DNA of 64,000 nucleotides from Malacoraja senta. Its lineage: Eukaryota. Positions 10,969 through 23,407 of this stretch are shown here, piece by piece. How positions within the stretch are numbered: the first letter of the stretch is position 1; each line of letters begins with the position of its first letter. Under the pieces are notes generated by a model. That model saw only the letters and a list, made by a program, of their open reading frames with translations, ran no database searches and was not told the origin of the DNA. The DNA is taken from positions 496,001 to 560,000 of the forward strand of contig CM075990.1 in assembly GCA_038087875.1 (NCBI GenBank), written 5' to 3'. The position numbers and the translations under genes were made by a program.

Positions 10969-11764
10969 GGAAGTGACACAGCTGGTGTCCTGGTTGCATC
11001 GCAACAACCTGGAGCTCAATGCTCTTAAGACTGTGGAATTGATTGTAGGCTTTAGGAGAGCTCCCCCTCCCCTCACCCCACTCATCGTCAACAACTCCAC
11101 AGTCACATCTGTGGACTCTTTTAAGTTCCTGGGAACCATCATCTCCAAGGACCTTAAATGGGGGGCTACCATCGACTGCACAGTCAAAAAGGCACAACAG
11201 AGGATTACTGAGGAAGAACAATCTGCCACAGGCAATGATGGTCCAATTCTACACGGCCATCGTAGAGTCTGTCCTCACCTTCTCCATCATGGTCTGGTTT
11301 GGCTCAGCCACCAAGCACGACACCTGGGAGGCTGCAGCGAATCGTCCGATCAGCAGAGAAGATTATTGGCTGCAACCTTCCCTCCATTGACGAACTGTAC
11401 ACTGCAAGGGCCAGGAAGCGAGCGGGTTAGATCATCTCTGACCCCTCTCACCCTGGCCACAAACTCTTTGAATCACTTTCCCCTGAAAGGCAACTGTCAA
11501 AGCTGCCACACCCAGACATAAAAACAGCTTTTATCCACGAGTAGTAGCTTTATTTAAAAACCAAAAATCTGTAGCCTCCTTTTGCTCTGGTATTTTATTT
11601 AATTCACATGTTTAAACAATAATGTTTTATTATTAATGTTTAAAGTTTTATGTGTCATTCTTAGCTGTCACTGTATGTCATGTTGTCACTTGTGGGTGGA
11701 GCACCAAGGCAAATTCCTTGTGTGTGAATACTTGGCCAATAAACGTATTCATTCATTCATTCAC

Positions 11765-12215
11765 AGTCATAGAGTCATAGAGTGATACAGTGTGGAAACA
11801 GGCCCTTCATCCCAATATGTGCACACCAGCCAACATGTCCAGGCTGCACTAGTCCCACCTAACTGCATTTGATCCATATCCCTCCAAACCTGTCCTATCC
11901 GTGTACCTGTCTAACTGCTTCTCCCCGCTTTACCGTAAGCTTTAAAGTTCCTCCATGTCTGCCTTCCGCAAAGACCGCTCCCTCCGTACAGAACTTCCTA
12001 AGCCTTCTGAGGATGTAGTGGTGTTGGTGTGCTTTGTTGGCCATTGCTTCAATGTGGCTGGTCCATGACAAATTGATGGTGATATTTATTCCTAAGTACT
12101 TGAAGCTTTCAACCACCTCTACTTCAGCAACATCATTGTTTATGGGAGTGTGCGTACTGCTTCTCAATCACAATTTCCTATGTCTTACTGACATTGAGGG
12201 AGGAGTTGGTGCCTT
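11765..12215 (-). mobile_element. Adjacent CR1 3' end and Rex1/Babar-like fragment
   Basis: (AGTCATAG)n tail plus GTGGAAACAGGCCC; minus translation VEVVESFKYLGINITINLSW. Confidence 0.65.
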
Positions 12216-12235
12216 GGCATAGGTTAGAATGGAAA

Positions 12236-13052
12236 TAGACAATAGACAATAGGTGCAGGAGTAGGCCATTTGACCCTTTGAGCCAGCACCACCATTCAAT
12301 GTGATCATGGCTGATCATCCCCAATCAGTACCCCGTTCCTGCCTTCTCCCTATATCCCCTGACTCCGCTATCTTTGAGTCCTATCTTGCTCTCTCTTGAA
12401 AGTATCCAGAGAACCTGTCTCCACCGCCCTCTGAGGCAGAGAATTCCACAGACTCCCAACTCTCTGTGAGTTTCCTCATTTCCTCATCTCCTTTCTAAAT
12501 GGCTTACCCCTTATTCTTAAATTGTGGCCCCTGGTTCTGGATTCCCCCAACATCGGGAACATATTTCCTCCTGATGAACAAGGACCCCCAGATCCCGTTG
12601 TACTTCCCCTTTTCCTAACTTGATGCCATTTAGATAGTAATCTGCCTTCCTGTTTTTGATACAAAAGTGGATAACCTCACATTTATCCACATTAAACTTC
12701 ATCTGCCATGCATCTGCCCACTCCCCCAACCTGTCCAAGTCACCCTGCATTCTCATAGCATCCTCCTCACAGTTCACACTGCCACCCAGCTTTGTGTAAT
12801 CTGCAAATTTGCTAATGTTACTTTGAATCTCTTCATCCAAATCATTGATGTATATTGTAAATAGCTGCGGTCCCAGCACCGAGCCTTGCGGTACCCCACT
12901 GGTCACTGCCTACCATTCTGAAAGGGACCCGTTAATCCCTACTCTTTGTATCCTGTCTGCCAACCAATTGTCTATCCTTGTCAGTACTCTACCCCCAATA
13001 CCATGTGCCCTAATTTTACCCACTAATCTCCTATGTGGGACCTTATCAAATG
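12236..13052 (-). mobile_element. CR1 LINE 3' fragment with internal deletion
   Basis: AFDKVPH, SGVPQGSVLGP, SKFADYTKL and WQMKFNVDKC. It jumps from DLGVLVH to the 3' end at ~12570 and has a (TCTATTG)n tail. Confidence 0.9.
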
Positions 13053-13414
13053 CCACTGAAAGTCCAGGTATACTGCCCACTGTGCCAAGATATGCCTCCA
13101 GCAATGGTAACTCCATGGTCTCTTCATATAAAATCAATTTTCATGCACATATTTTGTATCCTTATGTTGCATTATTAAAGGATTCTGCATTCTTCAGTAG
13201 ACAATATCTGATAGGATATTTTAATTATCAAGCAAACTTGAGGAGCTCCAGAACAGTTCCAAGCATTTGTCATGATCAAAATGCAACTCATTTGAAGAAC
13301 TGATAAAAAAAAAAAAGATAGGAGGTATGAATAAGACAGGGGAAAGTTGTGGAGTTAAAGGTGATGGTTGGTTGGTTGGTTGGTTGGTTGGTTAGTTTTG
13401 ACACAGAGGTTGTT

Positions 13415-13730
13415 TAGTTTGGTTTACTTTATTGTCAAGTGTATCGAGGTACATTAAAAAGCTTTTGTTGCGTGCTATCCAGTCAGCAGAAAGACAATAC
13501 ATGATTACAATCGAGTCATTTACTGTGTATAGGTCCATGATAAAGGAATGTAACGTTTAGTGCAAGGCAAAACCAGCAAAGTCCAATCAAGGAAAGTCCG
13601 AGGTTCACTAATGAGGTCGATCGTAGTTCAAAGCTGCTCGCTAGTTGTGGCAAGTTGATTCAGTTGCCTGATAACAGCTGGGAAGAAACTGTTCCTGAAT
13701 CTGGAGGAGTGCATTTCACTCTTCTATACT
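13415..13730 (-). mobile_element. Rex1/Babar-like 3' UTR fragment
   Basis: Same 3' end as 21502-22305 and 23806-24438 (TTCTTCCCAGCTGTTATCAGGCAACTGAA..GACAATAAA). Confidence 0.75.
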
Positions 13731-13734
13731 GTAT

Positions 13735-16700
13735 AATAGCAAGATTAAACAAGAACTTACCAGTTTGAAGTTTGATCTTTATTTTATGAGGAGTTACGTT
13801 GGTGATTACGTGAAGAAGTCCCGCCTGTGCGCATGCGCGTCAATCTTCAAAGCAGCGGTATGAAATCGCAGATAACAAAATATTTGAAGTAACATAGTAA
13901 GATCAGCAATATGAGAACTACCATATGACCTTTATGAGAGAGCGGGTTGGGCATGGTGGGCACGTAATCACCAACGTAACTCCTCATAAAATAAAGATCA
14001 AACTTCAAACTGGTAAGTTCTCGTTTAATCTTACTATTTTACTTCGGAGTCACGTGAGTGATTCCGTGAAGAGTTCAAAGCTCTGTGATTTCATGCCGTA
14101 GATTCAAATCCCGGCGTCTCACTTCATCCATTGACTCAGGATGAGTGAATAATCAACAATGGATTAACCATGACATTGATTTAAACGTATTAATGGTTTA
14201 TGTGAATAAATAAATCAATAGCAACCCGTCTATCTCAGGGGACGCTAAGATTTGAATGCAAAACAGAATGGGCAACTAGCCCTGGGTCGGCAATCAACCT
14301 ATGAAAAAACATTTTTTCGAAAACTAATTTACGTGACCATCCTGCGGCCGCGAGGAGATGGTCGATGGGAATATCCATTGCCCTGGCCGCTGATGTTGAT
14401 GCCGCCCTGGTGGAATGAGATGTAAATTAGTAGTTAATACCCGCATAAACCAGAACCTTCTTCAGCCACCTTGAAATAGTCTGAACAGACCTTTTCTTGT
14501 GTGGTTGTTTGTGGCTAATAAACAATGCTGCCTCTTAGGGTTCTGGTGGCCTTGTTAAAATATAGCAAACGTACTCATAGACACGCGAGTCCTTGGGGTA
14601 TGCCGAAATATGACTTAGGATGTAGCTGGAGCCCCCTGGTGAAGTATTGTTAACAAACTGTACATATCCTATACTGTCTATACTTGTACTGAGAACTTAT
14701 GTTAAAGATATCTCTTACAAACTCGAAATCCGGGGTTGAAAACCTGACAGAGTGGGTCCCGTTTGCTGCAGCCAATATGATGGGAAAGTACGTTGGGCAC
14801 AGTTAATGGCCCTATAACTGAAATATTGTCAAAACCCAAATGTAACATTAACATTAAACAAACCGCTTCCAAACTACTCAATAGGAAATGTACTGCTTTT
14901 TCGGTGCTATCCCCGCACTCTGCAATGAGCACATCCATGGATTGATGTAACAATCCGACCCGTAAGGCAGTCCATTCAGAATGTGTAAGCCAATAATTGT
15001 TTTATTATGCAGAGGCTGGCTTCCTGAACCACAGTTTGAACCAGCAAAGTTTTCGTTTTTAGAATAACCGTATATGGTTGTATTATTATGCCTGACGGAA
15101 GCGGGAAGCATGGCTGCATAGCCAGTCCGACTGTACGAAAACTAAAGCGAGATCTTGCTGACTTTATTTCAAGACCCGACTGATGAGGCAAAATGGAGAA
15201 AGGCATAAAAGAACATTCCTCCTTCTTGTGGCGAAAACATATCTCTCACCACTGTTATAGCACATATTTTTGCAATCAGTAAAAAAGCATGAACCATATT
15301 TTCCTAAATACTTTGTGATTCAACACTTATTCCGTGTTGTCCTGAATCTGAACTTGATGATAAACCAGTGGCAAGAAATTAGGCAAATATTACAGGATAC
15401 TACTTGATTGCCATGTGACTAACATCTGCCACCACCGTATTGTATCAACTTGAAGCTGGGCTTGTAGATTATGTATTCGCTCACTAGCCCTTTATCCATG
15501 GGATGCGTCTAGCGTCTATAGCTAGTTGATACCAACAACTGAAGAATTGGCAACTCATGCAAATCTCCACCTCCAACTAGAGATGACATTCGCAATTTTC
15601 CCTCTTAGAGCACTTAGCTGGAGCAATGCTGAATACTGTTTGTTCATCATTGTGACTTAGGTAGCTTCAGCTGGTGATAGCATAAGCCAGTTAACAATCA
15701 CCCACATGTCATTTGAGAGATTGCTACTTTGCACGATGTCAGTTCCCCGACTTGCACAGCTGACTCACAGCTACTATATTGCCAATACTCTACATTAATA
15801 GAATTCAGCTTTATAACAGGTTTCTATTAACTCCAATCTCGTGCCCCAAGGCGGAGTCATAACTAATCAATAGTTAAAGGTAAATTCCAATGACCAACAA
15901 GTCTATTTGGTAACAACTTAAGTTAGCTGGATGGATGAGCCCTATATCTCAAATATAGTTTGAGACTGAACCGGTGATTTTAACAAAATACAGCATTTGA
16001 AATATCATACAGACCAGATATAACAAGTGTTTTCGAACTCTGAGTCCAAACACCGATTTTATCATTAGTTGAATACCCTGGGAATATAGTTGAACCCATT
16101 TTGCAATATTTTACTGTTATCAGTTAAATTTTTCATAATGAACAGGCCACTCCTGCCATCATTCCATGGGCGCTTTGCACAATTTTCGAGCCTGTCTTGA
16201 AAACGACAATTCTGGCCCTAATTCCAAACTTGCTTGGAATGCTAGTATTGTGCCCTCTAAGCAGATGACAATGCTTTTATCCTTTGTATGCTATACAAAC
16301 AAGTGTAAATATTACCTACTTGAGAGTGGTCCACTTACCCATGTTTCGGAAGTGCCGGACCCAGCTTGTTGAGTAGGACTGGTAGGGTACGTGGAACCTG
16401 TGCCCAGCTGTCATGCTGCCACCAGCTTCAGTGAACTGCCCACTGCCGATGAAGGCATAGGGTGCATTGCCGTTCATCCGTGGAGCTGCAGAGCACCAGC
16501 TGCGCATCTGAGTCGACGGCCGGCTTGTTCCTGGTCCAACCCCGGAATCTGCACCCCTCTTGTAGGGATACCTCCTTTTTTCAGATTAGCCGACCACCGG
16601 TGGCTTAACCTTGCTGCATCTCGGACAGCTGCCCTCCATCGATTGTTCTAGCGAACGCAGTGATTCCTGAGCCCAGCAGCTTCAGGATTCTTGCAGCTCA

Positions 16701-18220
16701 CCTGAACCCATATCACCTGGTTCACTGCCGGCACCTTAAGCAACACGCAGTTCCCCGGGGTCTCGTGCTTCTTTGCGGTCTCATCCATCCTGAGCTCCTG
16801 TAGCTGATGGGAGACTAAGTAATTTATCGTGGAGGCCAACTCATCTCCCAGTGGCTCTCCTGACTCTGACGGGACAGCGAATTGTACTGCCAGGAATGGG
16901 ACATCTGGCAGCTGCCGTCTTCGCCTGGATTGAACTCATCGTCATAGTCGGGGTCAGAACTCAGCTGACCCATTGTACGCGCCTCATCAATGAGGGTGCT
17001 ATCGAGCAGCCCTCTACTAGGTGGTGCTGGCGCGGCCTCTTCTCCAGCCTGCCGCCAACACTACTCCTGCTCCTGGAGTGTGCCCTGGGGGAACAACCTA
17101 TGCAAAAGGTGCTCCATTTGGGATAACGGTTGAAAAATGGTATCCAGCCCCGGAGAGGAATTCGCCGCTCCTGACACTGCCGAGTCAGTGGGCCTAACAG
17201 ACTTGCTCGTGGCCTTACGCCCGACTGGCGCTGGCTCTGTGCTTTGCAGCACCAAGTCTGCAGTCGCCCCGCTCCCGGCCGGCGACTGTGCAGGGGTATA
17301 AGGCAGCCGTTCACAGACCGCACTCCCGCGGCTGTCTACCAATTTTCTTGCGGCTTGCCTCTTTCCCTTGGTCGTCTTGTCCATGGCGTTGTCCTGGAAG
17401 AAATACACAGCACGCCACCACAGCAAAACAACCCGAACTCCAGCTAAGTTTGTGGCACTTACCTGGAGATTTAAATCCTCACAGCCTCCGTGCGCCAATG
17501 TGGCTAGCGCGTTCACACACTAAGCAGCCCTGCCCCAGGTGCTGCTGGCGTGGCCTGTACCATAGGCCTGCGCTCATACACTAAGCAGCCCTGTCCTAGG
17601 TGCTGCTGGCGTGGCCTGTACCATAGGCCCACGCTGGTGCCTGTGAAGGGTTAAAAAATAACAACAGAATGCATACAAATTCATACTTATTTCCGGAACG
17701 GAAACCCTCTCAGCCCGACTCCTCCGAGTTCAATAGGGCTGTTTGATTTAATCTGTGCTCTCATCCCATGCCTGGGGCCCACAGAACGACGATTCTGTGA
17801 GCCACTGACCGCACTGTCAGCGACTCTGGCGGTAACCCCGCCTCCCTGCCCCCGTGTTCTACCCGACCCCGGGAACCACAGCAGGTTTGAAACCACTGAC
17901 CGCTTTGTCAGTGGATCTAAACGCGAACCCGACAACCCGACTGTCCGCTTCCGCGGTCGGAACTGGGGTCTCCCCACAGCCCATAGTCGGTCCACTCACC
18001 GGACTTCGCCAAATCCTGCAGGATACCTCTGTGAAGAGAGGTTCCTGCACGAACATTAAACCTGGCAAGTAATAAAAAACTTACCTGTAGGTTTCAACTT
18101 ACCGCCGGCAGGAGCGATGCCCTGCCAGTCCGGTGCTTCGCCATGCGACCGACGATATGACGCGCATGCGCACAGGTGGGACTTCTTCACTGAATCACTC
18201 ACGTGACTCCGAAGTAAAAT
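13735..18220 (-). mobile_element. DIRS1-like element, copy B: complete termini, heavily deleted coding region
   Basis: 5' end ATTTTACTTCGGAGTCACGTG at 18220. ITR core 18158-18190 pairs with 13810-13842. ICR at 13961-14072. YR remnant (HSTRAAS-like) at ~14330-14520 and gag start ATG at 17384. Confidence 0.92.
17518..17635. repeat. Two-copy 61-bp tandem repeat in DIRS copy B leader
   Basis: CACTAAGCAGCCCTG..GGTGCTGCTGGCGTGGCCTGTACCATAGGCC occurs twice. Confidence 0.9.
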
Positions 18221-18437
18221 GTAGTTTGTGTAGAACAGGTTAAAGCGGAGACCGAGGAACTTTAAAGCTTACGGTAAAGCAGGGGAGAAGCTGTTTTTTA
18301 AATAAGACCTAAAACTGTGGGAAGTATGTGAATCACAGTGGTGACTCTCATCATACTAGACTGAATGAGGTACTATGAGCAAACAAAGACAAGAAGGTAA
18401 TTTATAATTAGTGACGATCCTTGAGCATAAACTGGAT

Positions 18438-18750
18438 ATTTAGTTTAGTTTAGTTTAGTGATACAGCATAAAAACAGGCCCTTCGGCTCACTGAGTCCAC
18501 GCTGACAAGCAATCACCCGTACATTAACACCATCCTACATGCACCAGGGACAATTTACATTTATACCATGCCAATTAACCTACAAACCTGTACGTATTTG
18601 GATTGTGGGAGGAAACAAGAGATCTCAGGGAAAACCCACGCAGGTCACAGGGAGAACATACAAATTGCTTACGGACAGCACCCGTAGTCTGGATCGAACC
18701 CGGGTCTCTGGTGCTGTAAGGCAGCAACTCTACCGCTGCTCCACCATGCA
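18438..18750 (-). mobile_element. HE1/V-SINE-like SINE
   Basis: tRNA-like head with B box GGTTCGATCC, central domain and (CTAAA)n tail. Confidence 0.88.
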
Positions 18751-19604
18751 ACCCAGCCTGCGTCACTATGCCGCTGAACGATATGCCTTGTTTAATGATC
18801 AGTACTGGGGACATGGCTGAAAATTGTCTAATAGAAGAGAAAGGGCTGCTTCTGTTTTATTTTCATGTAATTACACTATGCTCCTAACACAAAAGACATC
18901 AGATTAAAGAGTTAATGTGAAGATAATTCAGTTTTTAATTTGGACATAATGTTCATTCATTAGTGAATATTCACTCTTGCAATCTCATTACTTCTTAAGT
19001 GGTTATAATACTGTGCCCGAGGCTTTCTCGAACATTTGTCTGCACAACATCCAGCATCTAAAAATATAAATACTAGTCATTAAATGTGAGCAACACAATA
19101 TGTCAAAATAGATTTTAAGAATCAATCAATATTAATAAAGCCCAAAATTAATTCAGCATTAGACAATTCAGATATGGTACTGATACAGGGTACCTTAGAC
19201 TCACTAATTAGATCTTGCAGTAGTTTATGCAATGCCCAGTGGCTAATTTACTGCATTAGCCAGTATCTGTGAAGATGGATCTCACACATAGATGCTGGGG
19301 TTAATGGTCACCAACAAACCATTCTCTGTGACAAATGAAACAAACAAACAGAAATCAATAGCCTAGATTATTGTACCACTGCAAGCAGACAACCAAAAAA
19401 TGAGTCATTCATGGCCACACTAATGTGTTACTAGAGTGTGGCCTCAAGCTGTCGATGAGTACATCACAGCACAAGAAAATCCAGAAATGGTTGCAATTAA
19501 AATATAAAGCTCAAAATCGATGTACTGTAAGTAAACATCTTCACTAAAAAAAAATAAGTCAGGATAAATAGAACTGTTGCCAATACTATAGTATGGACGA
19601 TCAA

Positions 19605-19955
19605 TTATTTTTTTTATGGAGGCGTAATTCAGTGGGACTGGAACAAGGAGAAACAATGGGTCTGCCAGGGCAGTTCTGCTTATGGATTTTGAGGAGAAGA
19701 TAAAACCGAGGCTGGGGAACAATAAGGTTGAAGGCTTTGGAGGACAGACAGCTGGAAGTGATGAAATCAGAAATGGTGTATGAGATTATGGCCTGGTACT
19801 CATCTATGGGGTCACGGTCCAAGGACAGGTAGGAGGAGGTGTCTGAGAGTTGCATTCTGAAGAAGGGTCTCAACCCAAAACGTCATCTGTACCTTTTCTC
19901 CAGAGATGCTGTCTGACCCGCTGAGTTACTCCAGCTTTTTGTGTCTGTCTTCGTC
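19605..19955 (-). mobile_element. Penelope-like element RT fragment with adjacent inverted terminal repeat
   Basis: Minus translation FYLLLKIHKQNCPGRPIVS..SSPTEL. A plus-strand CTGAAGAAGGGTCTCAACCC.. terminal unit lies at 19857-19955. Confidence 0.8.
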
Positions 19956-20244
19956 TTTCATTTTTTATGGAAAAAACTTGGCAGAGAGACGGATTTGTGT
20001 GCAGCTGCTGCAGGAATGACCAATATTGATTACTGATCATTCATAATGCTGTTAAAGTTCCTGAAATGACCTGTTTTTTTGCTCGTCACTGCTTATGTGA
20101 GCTTGTGTGTACATTGGCGACTATTTCAATACCGGAGGGATGCTCTACACTTTATCTACCAGGCTGTAATATTCTGAGGTTGCAAAAGTCACTATGTAAA
20201 TGAAAAATATTCTGTGCCTTTTTCTAAACTGTATAGCAGAGATG

Positions 20245-20567
20245 CTCAGCCCAGCATGTGGAGTCTGTTCCAGTGGATTGGGCAGAGGGAATCCACTGGA
20301 GGGTTCACGGGTCATGAAGGCGTCTCAGCAGCGCACTGTGGTGCAAGGGACACGTCAAAGCACGACAGAAGACATGGCCATCCAGTGCAGCCGAGGGAGT
20401 TTCCAGCCATGGCATCTAACTGTGCCTCTGGAACCCAGCTCCTGTGGCCCAGAGGGTGGGGTTGCTCGTGTGCAACAGCCTCTCCACCTTCATCTCTCCC
20501 ACGCACAGGTTATTGTGCGTCTAGTCTGCGATACCATGCTATCGTCGTCTAGGACGTGCCGCCAACG
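20245..20567. mobile_element. Short non-coding insertion with 11-bp TSD, possibly RTE 5'UTR-derived
   Basis: TAGCAGAGATG at 20234-20244 and 20568-20578; internal 10-bp stem 20270-20279 / 20290-20299. Confidence 0.6.
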
Positions 20568-20629
20568 TAGCAGAGATGTGACTACTTACTTTGATCAGGC
20601 AGCAGAATCTCACATTTCAACCTATCCGT

Positions 20630-21082
20630 AAGCCCTCTTTGCCTCAATGTAAATTGGAGGAACAGCATCTCACATTTCACTTTGGCAGCTTACACCCCAG
20701 TGGTCTGAATATTAATTTCTCTAACTTTAAGTAACTGCTGCATTTCCTCCCTCTCCATCCCTCCCCCACCCAAGTCGTACCAGCTTCAAAGTTGTCTTGT
20801 TGAGTCTCATTGTCTGTACTCATTCTCACATAGCGCACAGCTAACTATGGCCTGTTTTATTTATCATTGTTACTTTTTTGTACATCTTTCGTTCATTTGT
20901 TCTGTATCTCTCTACATCACTGTCGATATCTCTCGTTTCCCTTTCCCCTGACTCTCAGTCTGAAGAAGGTTCTCGACCCAAAAAGTCACCTATTCCTTTT
21001 CTCCAGCCGACCCGGTGAGTTACTCCAGCTTTTTGTGTCTATCTTCGGGTTAAGCCAGCATCTGCAGATCCTTCCTACACAA
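20630..21082 (+). mobile_element. Penelope-like element 3' end (GIY-YIG C-terminus and terminal repeat)
   Basis: CKLEEQHL.F..GSLHPSGLNINFSNF-like remnant, then a pyrimidine-rich UTR and CTGAAGAAGGTTCTCGACCC. Confidence 0.8.
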
Positions 21083-21501
21083 GAGACAGGGGAAACTGGA
21101 CAGGGGAAATTGGCAATACTTATGGAGAGGCACACCTCATGTTCTACCTGATGAGTGCACACCACACTCTGTCATTACTCTCCCACTGCTACACACTCTC
21201 AGTTTATGGGATGTGCATGCCCAGGGATCATAATAATCCATATGGGCAGTTTACCAAAAGCTAAAAAACAATTTTCTCCTCTTGTATTATATGAAAGAAA
21301 TCACTGCTGTTCCGAATTGATATCTTGGGTTAGCTCGTCTGCAATGCTCACAGTTGAGAAGAGGTAAAGCCCCCAGAGAGTCTTTGCTATCTGTATAACC
21401 CTGTCTGCACTGCATTTCCAAAGAATGTAGTGATTAAATCCTGACTGCAGATTCAGCAGCAAGTTCGCTAAAACAGAAAGCAGAGTTGAATTTTTGAGAG
21501 C

Positions 21502-22305
21502 TTTAGTTTCAGTTTAGTTTATTGTCATGTGTACCGAGGTACAGCGAAAAGCTTTCGTTGCGTGCTAACCAGCCAGCGGGAAAGACAATATATGATTATA
21601 ATCAAGCCATTCACAGATACGTGAAAAGGGAATAATGTTTAGTGCAATGTAAAGCCAGTAAAGACCAAATATAGGTAGTCCGAGGGTCCCCGATGAGGTA
21701 GATAATGGTTGAGGACTGCTCTCGGGTTGCAGTAGGATGGTTCAGTTGCCTGATAACAGCTGGGAAGAAACTGGCCCTGAATCTGGAGGTGTGCGTTTCA
21801 CACTTCTATACCTTTTGCCCGATGGGAGAGAGGAGAAGAGGGAATGGCCAGGGTGCGACTCGTCCTTGATTATGTTGCTGGCCTTGCCGAGGCAGCGTGA
21901 GGTACAAATGGAGTTAACAGAAGGGAGGTTGGTTTGTGTTATGGTTTGGGCTGCAATTTGCTGCAATTTCTTGCGGTCTTAGATGGAGCTGTTCCCAAAC
22001 CAAGCTGTAATGCATTCCGATAAAATACTTTCTATGGTGCATCTGTAGAAGTTGGTGAGAGTTGTTGGGGACATGCCGAACTTCCCAAGCCCTCTAAGGA
22101 AGTAGAAGTTGGTGTGCTTTCTTGCTCATTGCTTCAATATGGGTGGTCCAGGAGAAGTTGTTGATGATATTTACTCCTAGGAATTTGAAGTTTTCAACCA
22201 TCTCTACTTCAGTGCTGTCAATGCAAACATGGTATGTGTCCCACTTCACTTCCTGAAGTCGATCACTATCTCCTTTGTCTTGCTGACATTGAGAGAAAGG
22301 TTGTT
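21502..22305 (-). mobile_element. Rex1/Babar-like LINE 3' fragment
   Basis: VENFKFLGVNI, KKAHQ and IIKDESHPGHSLFS.LPSGKRYRS; GTGACAATAAA tail. Confidence 0.85.
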
Positions 22306-22617
22306 GGCTCATCATGATTAAACACTGAATCTGTTTTGACCAACCTTGCTACAAGAAATGTATTTGATTGTGCTACATTAATTGGAGGATATAAGCTCTG
22401 CATAAATTCTCAGCCATGGGCTAATTTTGCAGGCTGCACCATTCTCAATACAGCAGTATCTCCCGTGCAGCAATAGCAATCAGTATTGGATACAAAACCA
22501 TGACAGAAGAAATTGTCATAGAGTTGACTAAACGCTTGGTCAGAGAGCAAGCTTTTAGGCAGCTTCAATTTAGGAAAGTGAGGGGAGATTTCAGGAAAGA
22601 ATTGCAGAACCAAGAGC

Positions 22618-23400
22618 TTTAGTTTAGGGATATAGCGTGGAAACAGGCCATTCACCCCACCAATTCCACACAGACCAGGGATCCCCACACATTAACACTA
22701 TCCTACACACACTCTTCCAGTCCGTAGTCCTCCCTACAGCTCTCTAGACCAGTGAGACATGGAAAATCAATGTGAAGATGAAAAAGACATTGGATGCATT
22801 CCAACAATGCTGCTTGAGGAGGATCCTGAAGACTAGCTACAGAGACCACATCACAAACGAGGAGATCTACCGGGAAACTGCAACAAAGCCTCTCAGCCAG
22901 GACATAGAGGTACGCAGGATGAAATTTGCAGGACATGTACTCAGAATGTCATCAGAACATGCACCTAAGATAGCAATGACATGGCAACCTGACGGAAGAA
23001 GGAAACGAAGCCGACCAAAACTCACATGGAGGCGAACATTCCAGAAGGATTTGGAAGCCCGGGATAAAAACCTATCGAGGGTGGAAGACGTCGCACATAA
23101 CCGAACAGAATGGCGAAAGCTTACTGCCCAATGTACTCAACAGTGTGGGAGGAACTAAGTCTAAGTAAAGTAACACACACACAGGAACAATTTTTACTTT
23201 TACCAAGCCAATTAACCTACAAACCTGTACGTCTTTAGAGTGTGGGAAGAAACCCGAAGATCTCGGCGAAAACCCACGCAGATCACGGGGAGAATGTACA
23301 AACACCGTACAGACAGCAGCCGTGGTCAGGAATCGAACCCGGGTCTCCGGCGCTGCATTCGCTGTAAGGCAGCAACTCTGCCGTTGCGCCCACCGTGACC
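22618..23400 (-). mobile_element. HE1/V-SINE-like SINE split by an RTE insertion
   Basis: Tail at 22618-22712 and head at 23175-23400; ACACACAC is duplicated around the insert. Confidence 0.82.
22713..23174 (+). mobile_element. RTE-clade LINE 3' fragment
   Basis: ORF 22772-23158 LDAFQQCCLRRIL..DHITNEE..RRMKFAGHVLRM..GRRKRSRPKLTW; TAAGTCTAAGTAAAGTAA tail. Confidence 0.85.
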
Positions 23401-23407
23401 GCTCTGT

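Larger units (their letters stand above)
5520..11763 (+). mobile_element. Rex1/Babar-like LINE, 5'-truncated, split by the Gypsy insertion
   Basis: RT ORF 5473-6180 ([34 protein letters not shown]) resumes after 10973 (LELNALKTVE, FKFLG). It ends with AATAAA and a (CATT)n tail near 11738-11763. Confidence 0.9.
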
